Assembly (NCBI GenBank): GCA_009885805.1
Contig: VFJZ01000050.1
Location: forward strand, 1,471 to 65,470
Direction of reading: 5' to 3'
Length of the DNA: 64,000 nucleotides
Source: Actinomycetota bacterium
Lineage (GTDB): Bacteria > Actinomycetota > Thermoleophilia > Gaiellales > F1-60-MAGs149
Shown: positions 21,265 through 31,623 of the stretch, one piece after another
How the letters are laid out: each line of letters opens with the position of its first letter
Numbering within the stretch: the stretch's first letter is position 1
Translations under genes and position numbers: made by a program
The notes under the pieces: generated by a model
What the model was told of the DNA's origin: nothing
Database searches by the model: none
Seen by the model: only the letters and a program-made list of their open reading frames with translations

Positions 21265-22449
21265 TCAGGCGTCCGGAATCGCGGCCACGCCCGGCAACTC
21301 GCGCCCTTCGAGCAACTCGAGGCTGGCGCCGCCGCCGGTCGAGACGTGGGTCACCCGGCCGGCCAGTCCGAGCTGCGTGAGCGCCGCGACCGAGTCGCCG
21401 CCGCCGACGACGGTGGTGCCGCTGCACGCGGCGACGGCCTCCGCGACCGCGCGCGTGCCGGCGGCGAACGGCGCCAACTCGAAGACGCCCATCGGGCCGT
21501 TCCAGAGCACCGTCGCGGCGCCCCGCACGATCGTCGCGAAGCGCTCGGCGGCCTGCGGGCCGATGTCGAGTCCCAGCCAGCCGTCCGGGATCGCGTCGGT
21601 CGCCACGACCTGTGTTGCCGCGTCGGCCGCGAAGGCATCGGCGGCGACGCTGTCGACCGGCAGGATCAGATCGGCGCCATGCTCATGCGCCCTGGCCTGC
21701 GCGCGCCGCGCCGTCGCCTGGCCGGCGGCGTCCTCGTGCAGCGACGCCCCGACGCGGCCACCGTTCGCGAGGGCGAAGGTGTAGGCCATCGCACCGCCGA
21801 TCAGGATCGTGTCCGCCACCTCGCAGAGACGGTCGATCACGCCGATCTTGTCCGTCACCTTCGCGCCGCCGACGATCGCGACGAACGGCCGGGCCGGCGC
21901 GTCGAGGAGCGCCTGGAGCGTCGTCACCTCGCGCAGCAGCAGATGTCCGGCCGCCGCTGGCAGCAGGTGGGCGACGCCCTCGGTCGAGGCGTGCGCACGG
22001 TGCGCGGCGCCGAACGCATCGTTCACGTAGACGTCGGCATTCGCAGCCAGCGCGGCGGCGAAGGCGGGCGCGTTCGCCTCCTCACCGGGATCGAAGCGCA
22101 GGTTCTCCAGCAGCAGCACGTCGCCGTCTCGCAGGGTGGCGACGGCGGCGGCGGCGGCCGCACCTGTGCTCGCCGGGCAGAACGACACCGGGGCGGACAG
22201 GAGTCCCGCCAGGTGCGTCGCCAGTGGACGCAGCGAGTCGGCCGGCACGACCCGTCCTTTCGGCCGGCCGAGATGGGAGCAGAGGATGACCCGCGCGCCA
22301 CGGTCACGCAGGTCGCGGATGGTCGGGAGCGCTGCCCGGACACGGGTGTCGTCACCGACGGCGCCGTCGCGCAGAGGGACATTGAAGTCGACTCGGACGA
22401 GCACGCGCCGGCCGTGCAGATCGCCGAGCGCGTCGATGCCGCGCGGCAT
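21265..22449 (-). CDS. pgk: phosphoglycerate kinase
   Basis: 394 aa, RVDFNVPL...SHLGRPKG... Confidence 0.97.
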   Translation of the reverse strand: MPRGIDALGDLHGRRVLVRVDFNVPLRDGAVGDDTRVRAALPTIRDLRDRGARVILCSHLGRPKGRVVPADSLRPLATHLAGLLSAPVSFCPASTGAAAAAAVATLRDGDVLLLENLRFDPGEEANAPAFAAALAANADVYVNDAFGAAHRAHASTEGVAHLLPAAAGHLLLREVTTLQALLDAPARPFVAIVGGAKVTDKIGVIDRLCEVADTILIGGAMAYTFALANGGRVGASLHEDAAGQATARRAQARAHEHGADLILPVDSVAADAFAADAATQVVATDAIPDGWLGLDIGPQAAERFATIVRGAATVLWNGPMGVFELAPFAAGTRAVAEAVAACSGTTVVGGGDSVAALTQLGLAGRVTHVSTGGGASLELLEGRELPGVAAIPDA

Positions 22450-24375
<1,926 letters not shown>

Positions 24376-24379
<4 letters not shown>

Positions 24380-25302
24380 CGGTCGGGAGGGTCGCGCCGC
24401 GCCTGGCGCACGAGCAGACGGGCGAGTGCCACCGGGTCGTGGTGGTGGCCACGCGTCACGTGGCCGGCAACGACCTCGACGCCGCGCGTGGCGAGATCGT
24501 CGCGGTCGAAGTCGACCGGGATCAGGTCGGTCGCAAGCCGGCGCAGGTGCGGGACGACGATCGTGTCGACGACGCCGGCGCCGATGTGCTGCGTCAGCCT
24601 GTCGAGATGCAGGCCAGCGTCGTAGCCGATCGTCTCGGACGGCTGCTGGAGCAGGTTCGCGACGTACACGCGGCGGGCGCGGGAGGCGAGCACGGCGAGG
24701 CGGATCGCCGGTACGAGGAGCGGCGGCAGCGTCGACGTGAAGAGCGAGCCGGGGCCGAGCACGATCAGGTCGGCCGACTCCACGGCGGCGACCGCCTCCG
24801 GATGCTCGCGTGGCGCGCGCGGCTCGAGTCGCAGCCGGCGGACCCGGCTGCGATCGGTGGCGACCGCCGTCTCGCCGGCGACGACACGTCCATCCTCCAT
24901 CTCGGCCACGAGCACGGCCGGCTCGCGGGTCGCCGGTAGCACCTGACCGGCGATCGCAAGGGCGTGCGAGGTCATCGCGACGGCGGCATCGAAGGAGCCC
25001 GCCAGCTCGGTCAGCGCCGCCAGGAAGAGGTTCCCGAGGTTGTGCCCGGCGAGCTCGCCCCGCGTGAAGCGGTGCTGGAACATGTTCGCCATGAAGGACT
25101 CGTCCTCGGCGAGGGCGACCAGGCACGCGCGGACGTCGCCGGGTGGCGGCATCTCGAGGTCGCGCCGGAGCCGGCCGGACGAGCCGCCGTCGTCGGTCAG
25201 GGTGACGATCGCCGTCGGCTCCTGTCCGACCGCCTTGAGACCGCGCAGCACCGTCGAGAGGCCGGTGCCGCCGCCGAGGCAGACGATGTGCGGGGCCTTC
25301 AC
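24376..25302 (-). CDS. yvcK: YvcK/CofD-like gluconeogenesis and cell-shape factor (UPF0052)
   Basis: 308 aa, IVCLGGGTGLSTVLRGLK...TDDGGSSGRLR. Confidence 0.9.
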
Positions 25303-25787
25303 AGGACGCCTTCGAGGCGAAGGAGCCGGCGCTTCAGCACGTCGCCGTCGCGTCCGAACGTGCCGATGCTGCCGTCGGCACGGATGACGCGATGGTAGGG
25401 CACCACGATCGAGAGGGTACCGCGGGCGCAGGCCGCGCCCGCTGCCCGGTGGGCGCGTGGGCGGCCCGCCCGCCGCGCGACCTCCGCGTAGGACAGCGTC
25501 TCGCCGTAGGGCACGTGTTGGATGATCCGCAAGCAGGCAGCCTCGAACGGGGTGGCGCCGACGAACTCGAGGGTCGCCGCCAGGTCGATGTCGGCGAACG
25601 TGACCGGCTCACCGGCGAAGTAGCGTCCGAGCCGCGCGACGAGCGCAGCCTGCGCCGGCGTCTCGGGCCCACGTCCCGCGGGCACAGCGACGGCCGGCTC
25701 GGTGTGGTACAGCGGGACGTCGCCACGGAACACGACCTCGCCGACGCCCCAGTCGGGCGCGTCGTACGTGACGGTCGTCAGTCTCAC
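25299..25787 (-). CDS. methylated-DNA-protein-cysteine methyltransferase homologue lacking the acceptor cysteine (PYHRV instead of PCHRV); alkyltransferase-like
   Basis: 162 aa. TPFEAACLRIIQHVPYGETLSYAEVARRAGRPRAHRAAGAACARGTLSIVVPYHRVIRADGS matches the Ogt/Ada C-terminal domain. The codon at the Cys position is TAC, which I checked in the DNA. It has 4-nt overlaps with uvrC and yvcK. Confidence 0.8.
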   Translation of the reverse strand: MRLTTVTYDAPDWGVGEVVFRGDVPLYHTEPAVAVPAGRGPETPAQAALVARLGRYFAGEPVTFADIDLAATLEFVGATPFEAACLRIIQHVPYGETLSYAEVARRAGRPRAHRAAGAACARGTLSIVVPYHRVIRADGSIGTFGRDGDVLKRRLLRLEGVL

Positions 25788-27655
25788 CGGGGTCCGGCAC
25801 CGCCGGTCTTGTTGAGGAACGCGTGGATCTCGCGGGCCGTCCGCGCCGGCAACCCGGGGACGCGCTCGAGCTCGTCGGCGCTCGCTGCCAGCACCGAGGC
25901 CGGCGACCCGAAGTGCGCGAGCAGGATCCGCTTGCGCGCCGGTCCGACGCCTGGCAGGCGCTCGAACAGGGAATCGGTACCCGCGATCCGCGAGCGTCGC
26001 CGCCGATGGTGCTTCAACGCGAAACGGTGCGCCTCGTCGCGGATCCGTCTGAGCAGGAGCAGCGCCGGGGAGTCGACGTCGAGCAGCACCGGCTCGGCCC
26101 GGCCGGGGACGAACACCTCCTCGATCCGCTTCGCCAGGCCGATCGCGGCGACACGGGGCAGGTCGAGCCCGTCCAGCGCGCCGAGGGCGGCGGAGAGCTG
26201 GCCCCGTCCGCCGTCGATGACGACGAGATTCGGGAGCGTCGCGAACCCCGGGTCGTGGTCGCCGTCGACCGAACTCGCATTGGCGAGGCGGGTGAACCGG
26301 CGCCGCACGGCCTCCGCCATCGAGGCGAAGTCATCCGGCCCGCCCGTGCGGTCGATGCCGAAGACCCGGTAGTCGCTCTTCTTCGCCACGCCCTGCTCGA
26401 AGACGACCATCGAGGCGACGGTCGCCTGGTCACCGAGGTTCGAGATGTCGAAGCACTCGATGCGGAGCGGCAGGGCCTCGAGATTGAGTGCCTCGCGGAG
26501 CTCCTCCAGTGCGCCGATCCGCCGCTGGCGGGTTCGCTCGCCCTGCAGGCGCGCCGTCTCCAGCGCGTTGACGGCGTTCGAGTTGGCCATCTCCAGCAGC
26601 CGCCGCTTCGCGCCCCGCACCGGCGTGCGCACCTCGACGATGCCGGCGCGCCACTCCTGAAGCAGCTCGGCGAGGAACGCCGTCTCGGCGACATCGACGG
26701 GCACGCAGACGAGCGGTGGCACCGTGACGCCGGCATACCGCTCGGCGACGGCGAGGAGGATCAGTTCCGCCGGGGGCGAGCCGGCGGCGTTCTCGAGGAC
26801 GTACGTGAGGCGGTCGCCGACCCGCCCGCCGCGTACCGGCAGGATCAGGACCACCGCGAGGTCGCCGTCCACGGCGAGGCCGATCACGTCGAGGTCGCCC
26901 GTGCCGACCCGGTCGACGAGCTGCCGCTCCCGCAGGTGCCGCACTGCCTCGAGGCGGTTCCGGGCCCGGGCGGCCTCCTCGTAGCGCTGTCCCGCGGCGG
27001 CCGCGTGCATCTCCGCCTCGAGCGCTCGCTCGATCGGCCCGCTGCGTCCCTCGAGGAAGGCGATCACGCCGTCGATCAGCTCCCGGTAGCCCTCCTCCGA
27101 CACGTAGCCGACGCAGGGCGCGAGGCAGCGACCGATGTGGTAGTCGAGGCAGGGGATACCGCTGCGACGCCCGGGCTCCGGCCCCTCGCAGGGTCGGTAC
27201 GGAAAGACGCGGTTGAGGACATCGAGCGTCTCGCGCACCTTCGAGGCGCTCGCGTACGGGCCGAAGTAGCGGACGCCGCGCCGGTGGCGCTCGCGCGTGA
27301 ACAGCACCCGCGGGAAGCGGTCGCCGACCGTCACGGCCACGTACGGATAGCTCTTGTCGTCCCGCAGGCGGACGTTGAACGGCGGCCGGTGACGCTTGAC
27401 GAGATTCTGCTCCAGCAGCAGGGCCTCGGTCTCCGACGCTGCCAGCATCGTCTCGACCGTCGACACGCGCAGGACCAGGTCGAGCGTCTTGCGGTCGAGG
27501 GCCCGATCCGCACGCGTGTAGGACGTCACCCGCTTGCGGAGCGACTTCGCCTTCCCGACGTAGAGGATCGCGCCGGACTCGTCGCCGAACAGGTAGACGC
27601 CGGGGGCGTCCGGCAGCTCGCGCGCGCGCTCCCGGATCACCTCGACGCCGGGCAT
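25784..27655 (-). CDS. uvrC: excinuclease ABC subunit C
   Basis: 623 aa. GIY-YIG N-terminus (GVYLF...ILYVGKAKSLRKR), UVR domain and C-terminal endonuclease plus HhH. Confidence 0.97.
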   Translation of the reverse strand: MPGVEVIRERARELPDAPGVYLFGDESGAILYVGKAKSLRKRVTSYTRADRALDRKTLDLVLRVSTVETMLAASETEALLLEQNLVKRHRPPFNVRLRDDKSYPYVAVTVGDRFPRVLFTRERHRRGVRYFGPYASASKVRETLDVLNRVFPYRPCEGPEPGRRSGIPCLDYHIGRCLAPCVGYVSEEGYRELIDGVIAFLEGRSGPIERALEAEMHAAAAGQRYEEAARARNRLEAVRHLRERQLVDRVGTGDLDVIGLAVDGDLAVVLILPVRGGRVGDRLTYVLENAAGSPPAELILLAVAERYAGVTVPPLVCVPVDVAETAFLAELLQEWRAGIVEVRTPVRGAKRRLLEMANSNAVNALETARLQGERTRQRRIGALEELREALNLEALPLRIECFDISNLGDQATVASMVVFEQGVAKKSDYRVFGIDRTGGPDDFASMAEAVRRRFTRLANASSVDGDHDPGFATLPNLVVIDGGRGQLSAALGALDGLDLPRVAAIGLAKRIEEVFVPGRAEPVLLDVDSPALLLLRRIRDEAHRFALKHHRRRRSRIAGTDSLFERLPGVGPARKRILLAHFGSPASVLAASADELERVPGLPARTAREIHAFLNKTGGAGPR

Positions 27656-27677
27656 CCAGATATCGTACCGGCGTCGT

Positions 27678-28472
27678 TCAGCGCCGCAGACGGGCCGTCG
27701 GTGCTCCGGTCGCCGCGGCGGCGAGTGCCCGGATCGCCGGCACGTACCGGCGCGTCTCCGCGGGCCACGTCGCCGGCGGACCGCCGACGCGACCCGGCCC
27801 GGCGTTGTATGCGGCTAACGCCCGGTCAAGGTCGCCCTGGAAACGAAGCAGGTGCAGGGACAGCAGGCGGGCCTGCGCCGCGATCGCGGCGTCGGGAGCG
27901 AACGGTCCGGCCGCGCGCCACGGGTTCCAGGCGCCGTTCCAGGTCGCCGGCATGAACTGGGCGATTCCCTGTGCTCCGGCGACGGACACCGCGCCCGGAT
28001 CGAAGCCCGACTCGACGCGCAACTGGGCGGCGAGCACCGCGACGGGGAGCGACTCGCGGCGGGCCGCGTCGCGCAGCGCGGGCGCGTAGCGCGGCGGCAC
28101 CCAGTCCGGCATCGCGTCGGCGTCCGACACACGTTCGGCGCTCGCCCGCGCCGTGGCGGCGACCGAGGTCCACCCGCGACCGAGGAGCGCCCCGAGGTCG
28201 ATCGTGCGCGCTCTCAGGCGCACCTGGACGGCGACGGTACCGGCGCGCAGGTCGAGGTCGGCGACGACGGCGGCGCCAGCGCTCGCTGCGGCGACGGCCG
28301 CCCGCCGCTCGTCGCCCGGTGCGGCCAGCGCGGCGGCGAGGGCCGCGCTGTCGGCCACCCGCTGCGCGTGCGCGCGCTCCACGGCGAGCCGGGCGAACTC
28401 GGCCGCGAGCAACGCGAGCCCGCCGCCCAGCGCGAGCGCGATCACCACCGCGACCGTCGCCTGGCCCCTCAT
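27678..28472 (-). CDS. TadG-like (Tad_N) membrane anchor fused to an SLT-family lytic transglycosylase domain
   Basis: Internal ATG giving MRGQATVAVVIALALGGGLALLAAEFARLAVERAHAQRVADSAALAAA (TadG/Flp-pilus-assembly N-terminal pattern). The C-terminus has LAAQLRVESGFDP...GIAQFMPATW...AYNAG (SLT catalytic Glu-Ser, GxxQ and AYNAG). ATGA overlap with the upstream gene. Confidence 0.75.
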   Translation of the reverse strand: MRGQATVAVVIALALGGGLALLAAEFARLAVERAHAQRVADSAALAAALAAPGDERRAAVAAASAGAAVVADLDLRAGTVAVQVRLRARTIDLGALLGRGWTSVAATARASAERVSDADAMPDWVPPRYAPALRDAARRESLPVAVLAAQLRVESGFDPGAVSVAGAQGIAQFMPATWNGAWNPWRAAGPFAPDAAIAAQARLLSLHLLRFQGDLDRALAAYNAGPGRVGGPPATWPAETRRYVPAIRALAAAATGAPTARLRR

Positions 28473-28774
28473 GGCAGTACCACGGCGCCTGTGATCGCAG
28501 GGGCCGGTCCGGCCGGATCGACGCGGACCGTGAGCAGCCCACGCCGCGCCGAGACCTCGGCCACGGCCACGAGCCGACGCGGGAGCGCCTTTCGCGCCGC
28601 AGCGACCGGATCGGTACCTCCGGCAGCCGCGGCGACGCCTCGCCCCAGGGCGTGTTCGACGGCGACCCCGGCGGCGGCGCCGGCGACGGCAGTGGCGATC
28701 GCCAGCACGAGCGCGACCGCGAGCGGCGCGACCAGCACGACCTCCAGCGCCGCCTGGCCCCGTGCGGCCCTCAT
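28469..28774 (-). CDS. TadE-like pseudopilin-type protein
   Basis: 101 aa. MRAARGQAALEVVLVAPLAVALVLAIA matches the TadE N-terminal pattern (G-x-x-x-x-E followed by a hydrophobic helix). Confidence 0.65.
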   Translation of the reverse strand: MRAARGQAALEVVLVAPLAVALVLAIATAVAGAAAGVAVEHALGRGVAAAAGGTDPVAAARKALPRRLVAVAEVSARRGLLTVRVDPAGPAPAITGAVVLP

Positions 28775-29079
28775 CCGGCCTCACCCGTCACCCGCAGCGC
28801 GGCAAGACCCGGCGGCGGCGCCACGGTTACCCGGACACGACCGTCGTCCGCGACGACGACCCGCGCGTCGCCGCGCAACCAGCGAGGCAGCGCAGCACGC
28901 GCGCTCCGCTCGGCGTCGGCGCCGATCAGGCCCGCGCGGGCACCGACCCGGGCGGCGTCGGTTGCCTCGACCGCGCTCCAGGCGACGAGCAGGCCCTCAC
29001 CGGCCGCGACCAGGACCGCGAGGACGAGCGGCAGGATGAGGACCACCTCGATCGTCGCCTGCCCGGTTGCTCGCCGCAT
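28771..29079 (-). CDS. TadE-like pseudopilin-type protein
   Basis: 102 aa, MRRATGQATIEVVLILPLVLAVLVAAGEG. ATGA overlap with the downstream paralogue. Confidence 0.65.
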   Translation of the reverse strand: MRRATGQATIEVVLILPLVLAVLVAAGEGLLVAWSAVEATDAARVGARAGLIGADAERSARAALPRWLRGDARVVVADDGRVRVTVAPPPGLAALRVTGEAG

Positions 29080-29113
29080 GTGCCGAGCGTGCCACGGCTG
29101 CGTCGCACGGGAC

Positions 29114-29130
29114 CGTCACGGACCGTGACG
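29114..29130. repeat. 17-nt perfect palindrome cgtcacgg-a-ccgtgacg
   Basis: Lies in the 58-nt gap between the secreted-protein gene stop (29138) and the first TadE-like start (29079). It is also part of a tandem gaccgtcacg/gaccgtgacg. Confidence 0.6.
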
Positions 29131-29137
29131 ATTTGCC

Positions 29138-30388
29138 TCAGCGGACCTGCGCGAAGCTCCAGGAGTCGACGACGTTGTTCGACCGGTCCGCGCACACCGT
29201 GCGGATGAAGTAGATGCCACGCGGACGGACGAAGCCCGGCGCGGCCGTCATCGTGCCGCGAGCCGTCGCCTTCTTGTAGCGCAGCGTCGCGCCGAAGTAG
29301 ATCCTGATCTCGCCGGGCCCGCCGAAACAGGCGACCCGGACGACGAAGCGGCGACGGCTCGCGAAGCGGACGTTCGGGTAGCCGCGGGCGAAGCGAGGTG
29401 GTCGACGATCGCGGAGCGGCGTGTCGAGGCGGTTGCGTCCCTCGTTGCCCGCGAGGTCGCGATAGGCAGCGTTGACAACCCCGCGCTCCGTGCCGGCGAC
29501 GTTGTGCCAGCGGACGCGGAGCGTGGTCCCGGCCTGGCAGTACTCGCCGCGGGCGAGGGCTGCCCTGCTGCAGCTGTGCGGGGTCACCTGCCGCAGCGCC
29601 GGCCGTGGCGCTCCCGACCGCATGACCTGCTCGAGGGTCAGCGCCGTCTGGGCGCCGTCACTCGCGCTGACCTCGTACGAGAAGGTCTCCGCGGCGTCCG
29701 GGATCTGCGCGAGGCTGATCGCGACGCGCGGCGCCTCGACGTCGAGGACGCGGCCCGACAGCGTCAGCGTGCTGGTGGCGTTGCTGAGCGGGGGCAGACC
29801 CACCATCAGCGCGTAGGTGCGTCCCGGTTCGGTGATGAACGAGACCTGGCTCGCCAGTCCGGTCACGCCCAGGTCGCAGGCGATCACATTCGGGAGCAGG
29901 ATCGGGACGGCGCCTGGATCGAACGGGCCGGGAACGGTCTCGTAGACGGAGATCACGTGTCTGGTGCTCGATCCGGCGCTGTCGATCGTGACGAGATTAC
30001 GACCGGCGAAGGCTGCACTCGTCGCGTCGGCGACGAGCGAGTACCAGACGGTGCGGGCTGCGAACGCGAAGGGGGTCACATCGGGGTTGCGACTGTTGCA
30101 GTTCGAGAACGGCAAGTCACCGGCGGGCAGGTTCGGCGCGACGAGCGGCGGATCGCCTTCGTCGTCACGACTCCCGCCCACATCGTTGAGCGGGACGCCT
30201 GCGACCGTTCCGCCGGTGGCGAGATTCTGGAAGTTGAGGCGCAGGCCGAGGCCGGCGCTGTCGGCGATGAAGATCGGCGCCGCTTCCGACCGCACGTCGT
30301 TCGGCGGCATCGCTGCCGACGGTGCCGAACCGATGCTCGCCACGAGGATGACGGCGAGCGCCGCGGATCTGACCCCCCGGGTCCGCAT
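29138..30388 (-). CDS. secreted multidomain protein of unknown function
   Basis: 416 aa. Signal peptide MRTRGVRSAALAVILVASIGSAPSAA. The N-terminal domain follows the ND..A..I...AT...VWY...T.DS.GS...V.SVY pattern common in secreted pre-peptidase-type domains. The C-terminal part has a D-x-AGN Ig-like hallmark (RDLAGNEG). Confidence 0.6.
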   Translation of the reverse strand: MRTRGVRSAALAVILVASIGSAPSAAMPPNDVRSEAAPIFIADSAGLGLRLNFQNLATGGTVAGVPLNDVGGSRDDEGDPPLVAPNLPAGDLPFSNCNSRNPDVTPFAFAARTVWYSLVADATSAAFAGRNLVTIDSAGSSTRHVISVYETVPGPFDPGAVPILLPNVIACDLGVTGLASQVSFITEPGRTYALMVGLPPLSNATSTLTLSGRVLDVEAPRVAISLAQIPDAAETFSYEVSASDGAQTALTLEQVMRSGAPRPALRQVTPHSCSRAALARGEYCQAGTTLRVRWHNVAGTERGVVNAAYRDLAGNEGRNRLDTPLRDRRPPRFARGYPNVRFASRRRFVVRVACFGGPGEIRIYFGATLRYKKATARGTMTAAPGFVRPRGIYFIRTVCADRSNNVVDSWSFAQVR

Positions 30389-30391
30389 CGC

Positions 30392-30754
30392 CTAATAGTA
30401 GCGCCGTGCGTCTTGCACGATGCGCCAGGCGAGGTAGCCGAGCCCGCCGACGAGCCCGAGGAAGACGACCGAGGTGACGAGGTTCCACCGCGTCCAGAAG
30501 AAGGAGCCGACGATCAGCACGGCGAGGAGCGCGAGGGTGGCGTACAGCAGCGACCGCTGGCGCTCGGGCAGCGAGGCGAGGCGATGCCGGTTCTGCCGCC
30601 AGAGCGTGAAGCCGAAGTAGAGGAACGCCGCGATCAGCAGGATGCGCAACGCCAGCCCGACCACGCCGGCGAGGACCGAGCCGCCGGCCGGCAGCGCCAC
30701 CACCAGCACGAGGGCGACGACGATGCAGATGTTGCGGAGCGTCGACGGGGACAT
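30392..30754 (-). CDS. small integral membrane protein (4 predicted TM helices), unknown function
   Basis: 120 aa, hydrophobic, with high-GC3 codon usage. Confidence 0.6.
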   Translation of the reverse strand: MSPSTLRNICIVVALVLVVALPAGGSVLAGVVGLALRILLIAAFLYFGFTLWRQNRHRLASLPERQRSLLYATLALLAVLIVGSFFWTRWNLVTSVVFLGLVGGLGYLAWRIVQDARRYY

Positions 30755-30763
30755 ACCCGGAGG

Positions 30764-31129
30764 TTACCCCCAGCCCATGCCGGTCATGAACGCGCGGGCC
30801 GCGAGCAGCCCGGCGACGACGGCGATGACGGCGAACACGAGCGTGTTGCGGCGCGTGTCCGCCGTGCGCGAGGAGTAGGCGAACAGCACCGCGGCGGCCG
30901 GCGCCAACCCGTAGACGTAGTGCAGTTCCACGGGCGCCCGCCGCGCACCGCCGAGCAGCAGCAGGCCGAACAGGGCCTGCCCGAAGATGACTGCGTGAGA
31001 CAGGGCCAGCGCGTGCTCGAACAGCCGCGAGGAGCGGAGGCGTCCGCGCCAGACGAGCAGCCCCCACAGGCCCGCGACGAGGTTGATCGCGACGACGAGG
31101 CCGCCCAACGACTGGTGCACGACCGGCAC
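30764..31129 (-). CDS. small integral membrane protein (about 4 TM helices), unknown function
   Basis: I chose the GTG at 31129 (VPVVHQSLGGLVVAINLVAGLWGLLVW...). The upstream part of track ORF 30764..31438 is Arg-rich low complexity and overlaps bcp antisense. Confidence 0.5.
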   Translation of the reverse strand: MPVVHQSLGGLVVAINLVAGLWGLLVWRGRLRSSRLFEHALALSHAVIFGQALFGLLLLGGARRAPVELHYVYGLAPAAAVLFAYSSRTADTRRNTLVFAVIAVVAGLLAARAFMTGMGWG

Positions 31130-31170
31130 CGCCGGAGTATCGCGGACGCGGCGCCTGCGATGATCCGGCG

Positions 31171-31623
31171 ATGGCTCCAGCGCCCGGCGACCCCGCCCCC
31201 GATTTCGCCCTCGCCGACGACAGCGGCGCAATCGTCCGCCTGCGCGACCTCCGCGGCCGACGCGTCGTGCTGTACGCCTACCCGGCGGACGACACGCCGG
31301 GCTGCACCCGCCAGGCCTGCGCCCTGCGTGACAGTTGGCCCGAGATCGCGGCGACGGGCGCCGCCGTCTACGGCCTCTCACCCGACGACGTCGCCAGCCA
31401 CGTCGCGTTCCGCGCGAAGTTCTCGCTGCCCTTCCCACTCCTCGCCGACCCGGACCGCGAGCTGATCGACGCCCTCGGCTTCTGGGGCGTCCGCCCGAAC
31501 GGCACGACCGGCGTGATCCGCTCGACCGTCCTGATCGACGCCGACGGCGTGATCGAGCGGGTCTGGCACCCCATCGACCCGGACGCGCACCTCGAGCTCC
31601 TCCGGGACGCCCTCGGCCCGTGA
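31171..31623 (+). CDS. bcp: thioredoxin-dependent thiol peroxidase (Bcp/PrxQ)
   Basis: 150 aa with the DDTPGCTRQAC active site. Confidence 0.92.
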   Translation: MAPAPGDPAPDFALADDSGAIVRLRDLRGRRVVLYAYPADDTPGCTRQACALRDSWPEIAATGAAVYGLSPDDVASHVAFRAKFSLPFPLLADPDRELIDALGFWGVRPNGTTGVIRSTVLIDADGVIERVWHPIDPDAHLELLRDALGP

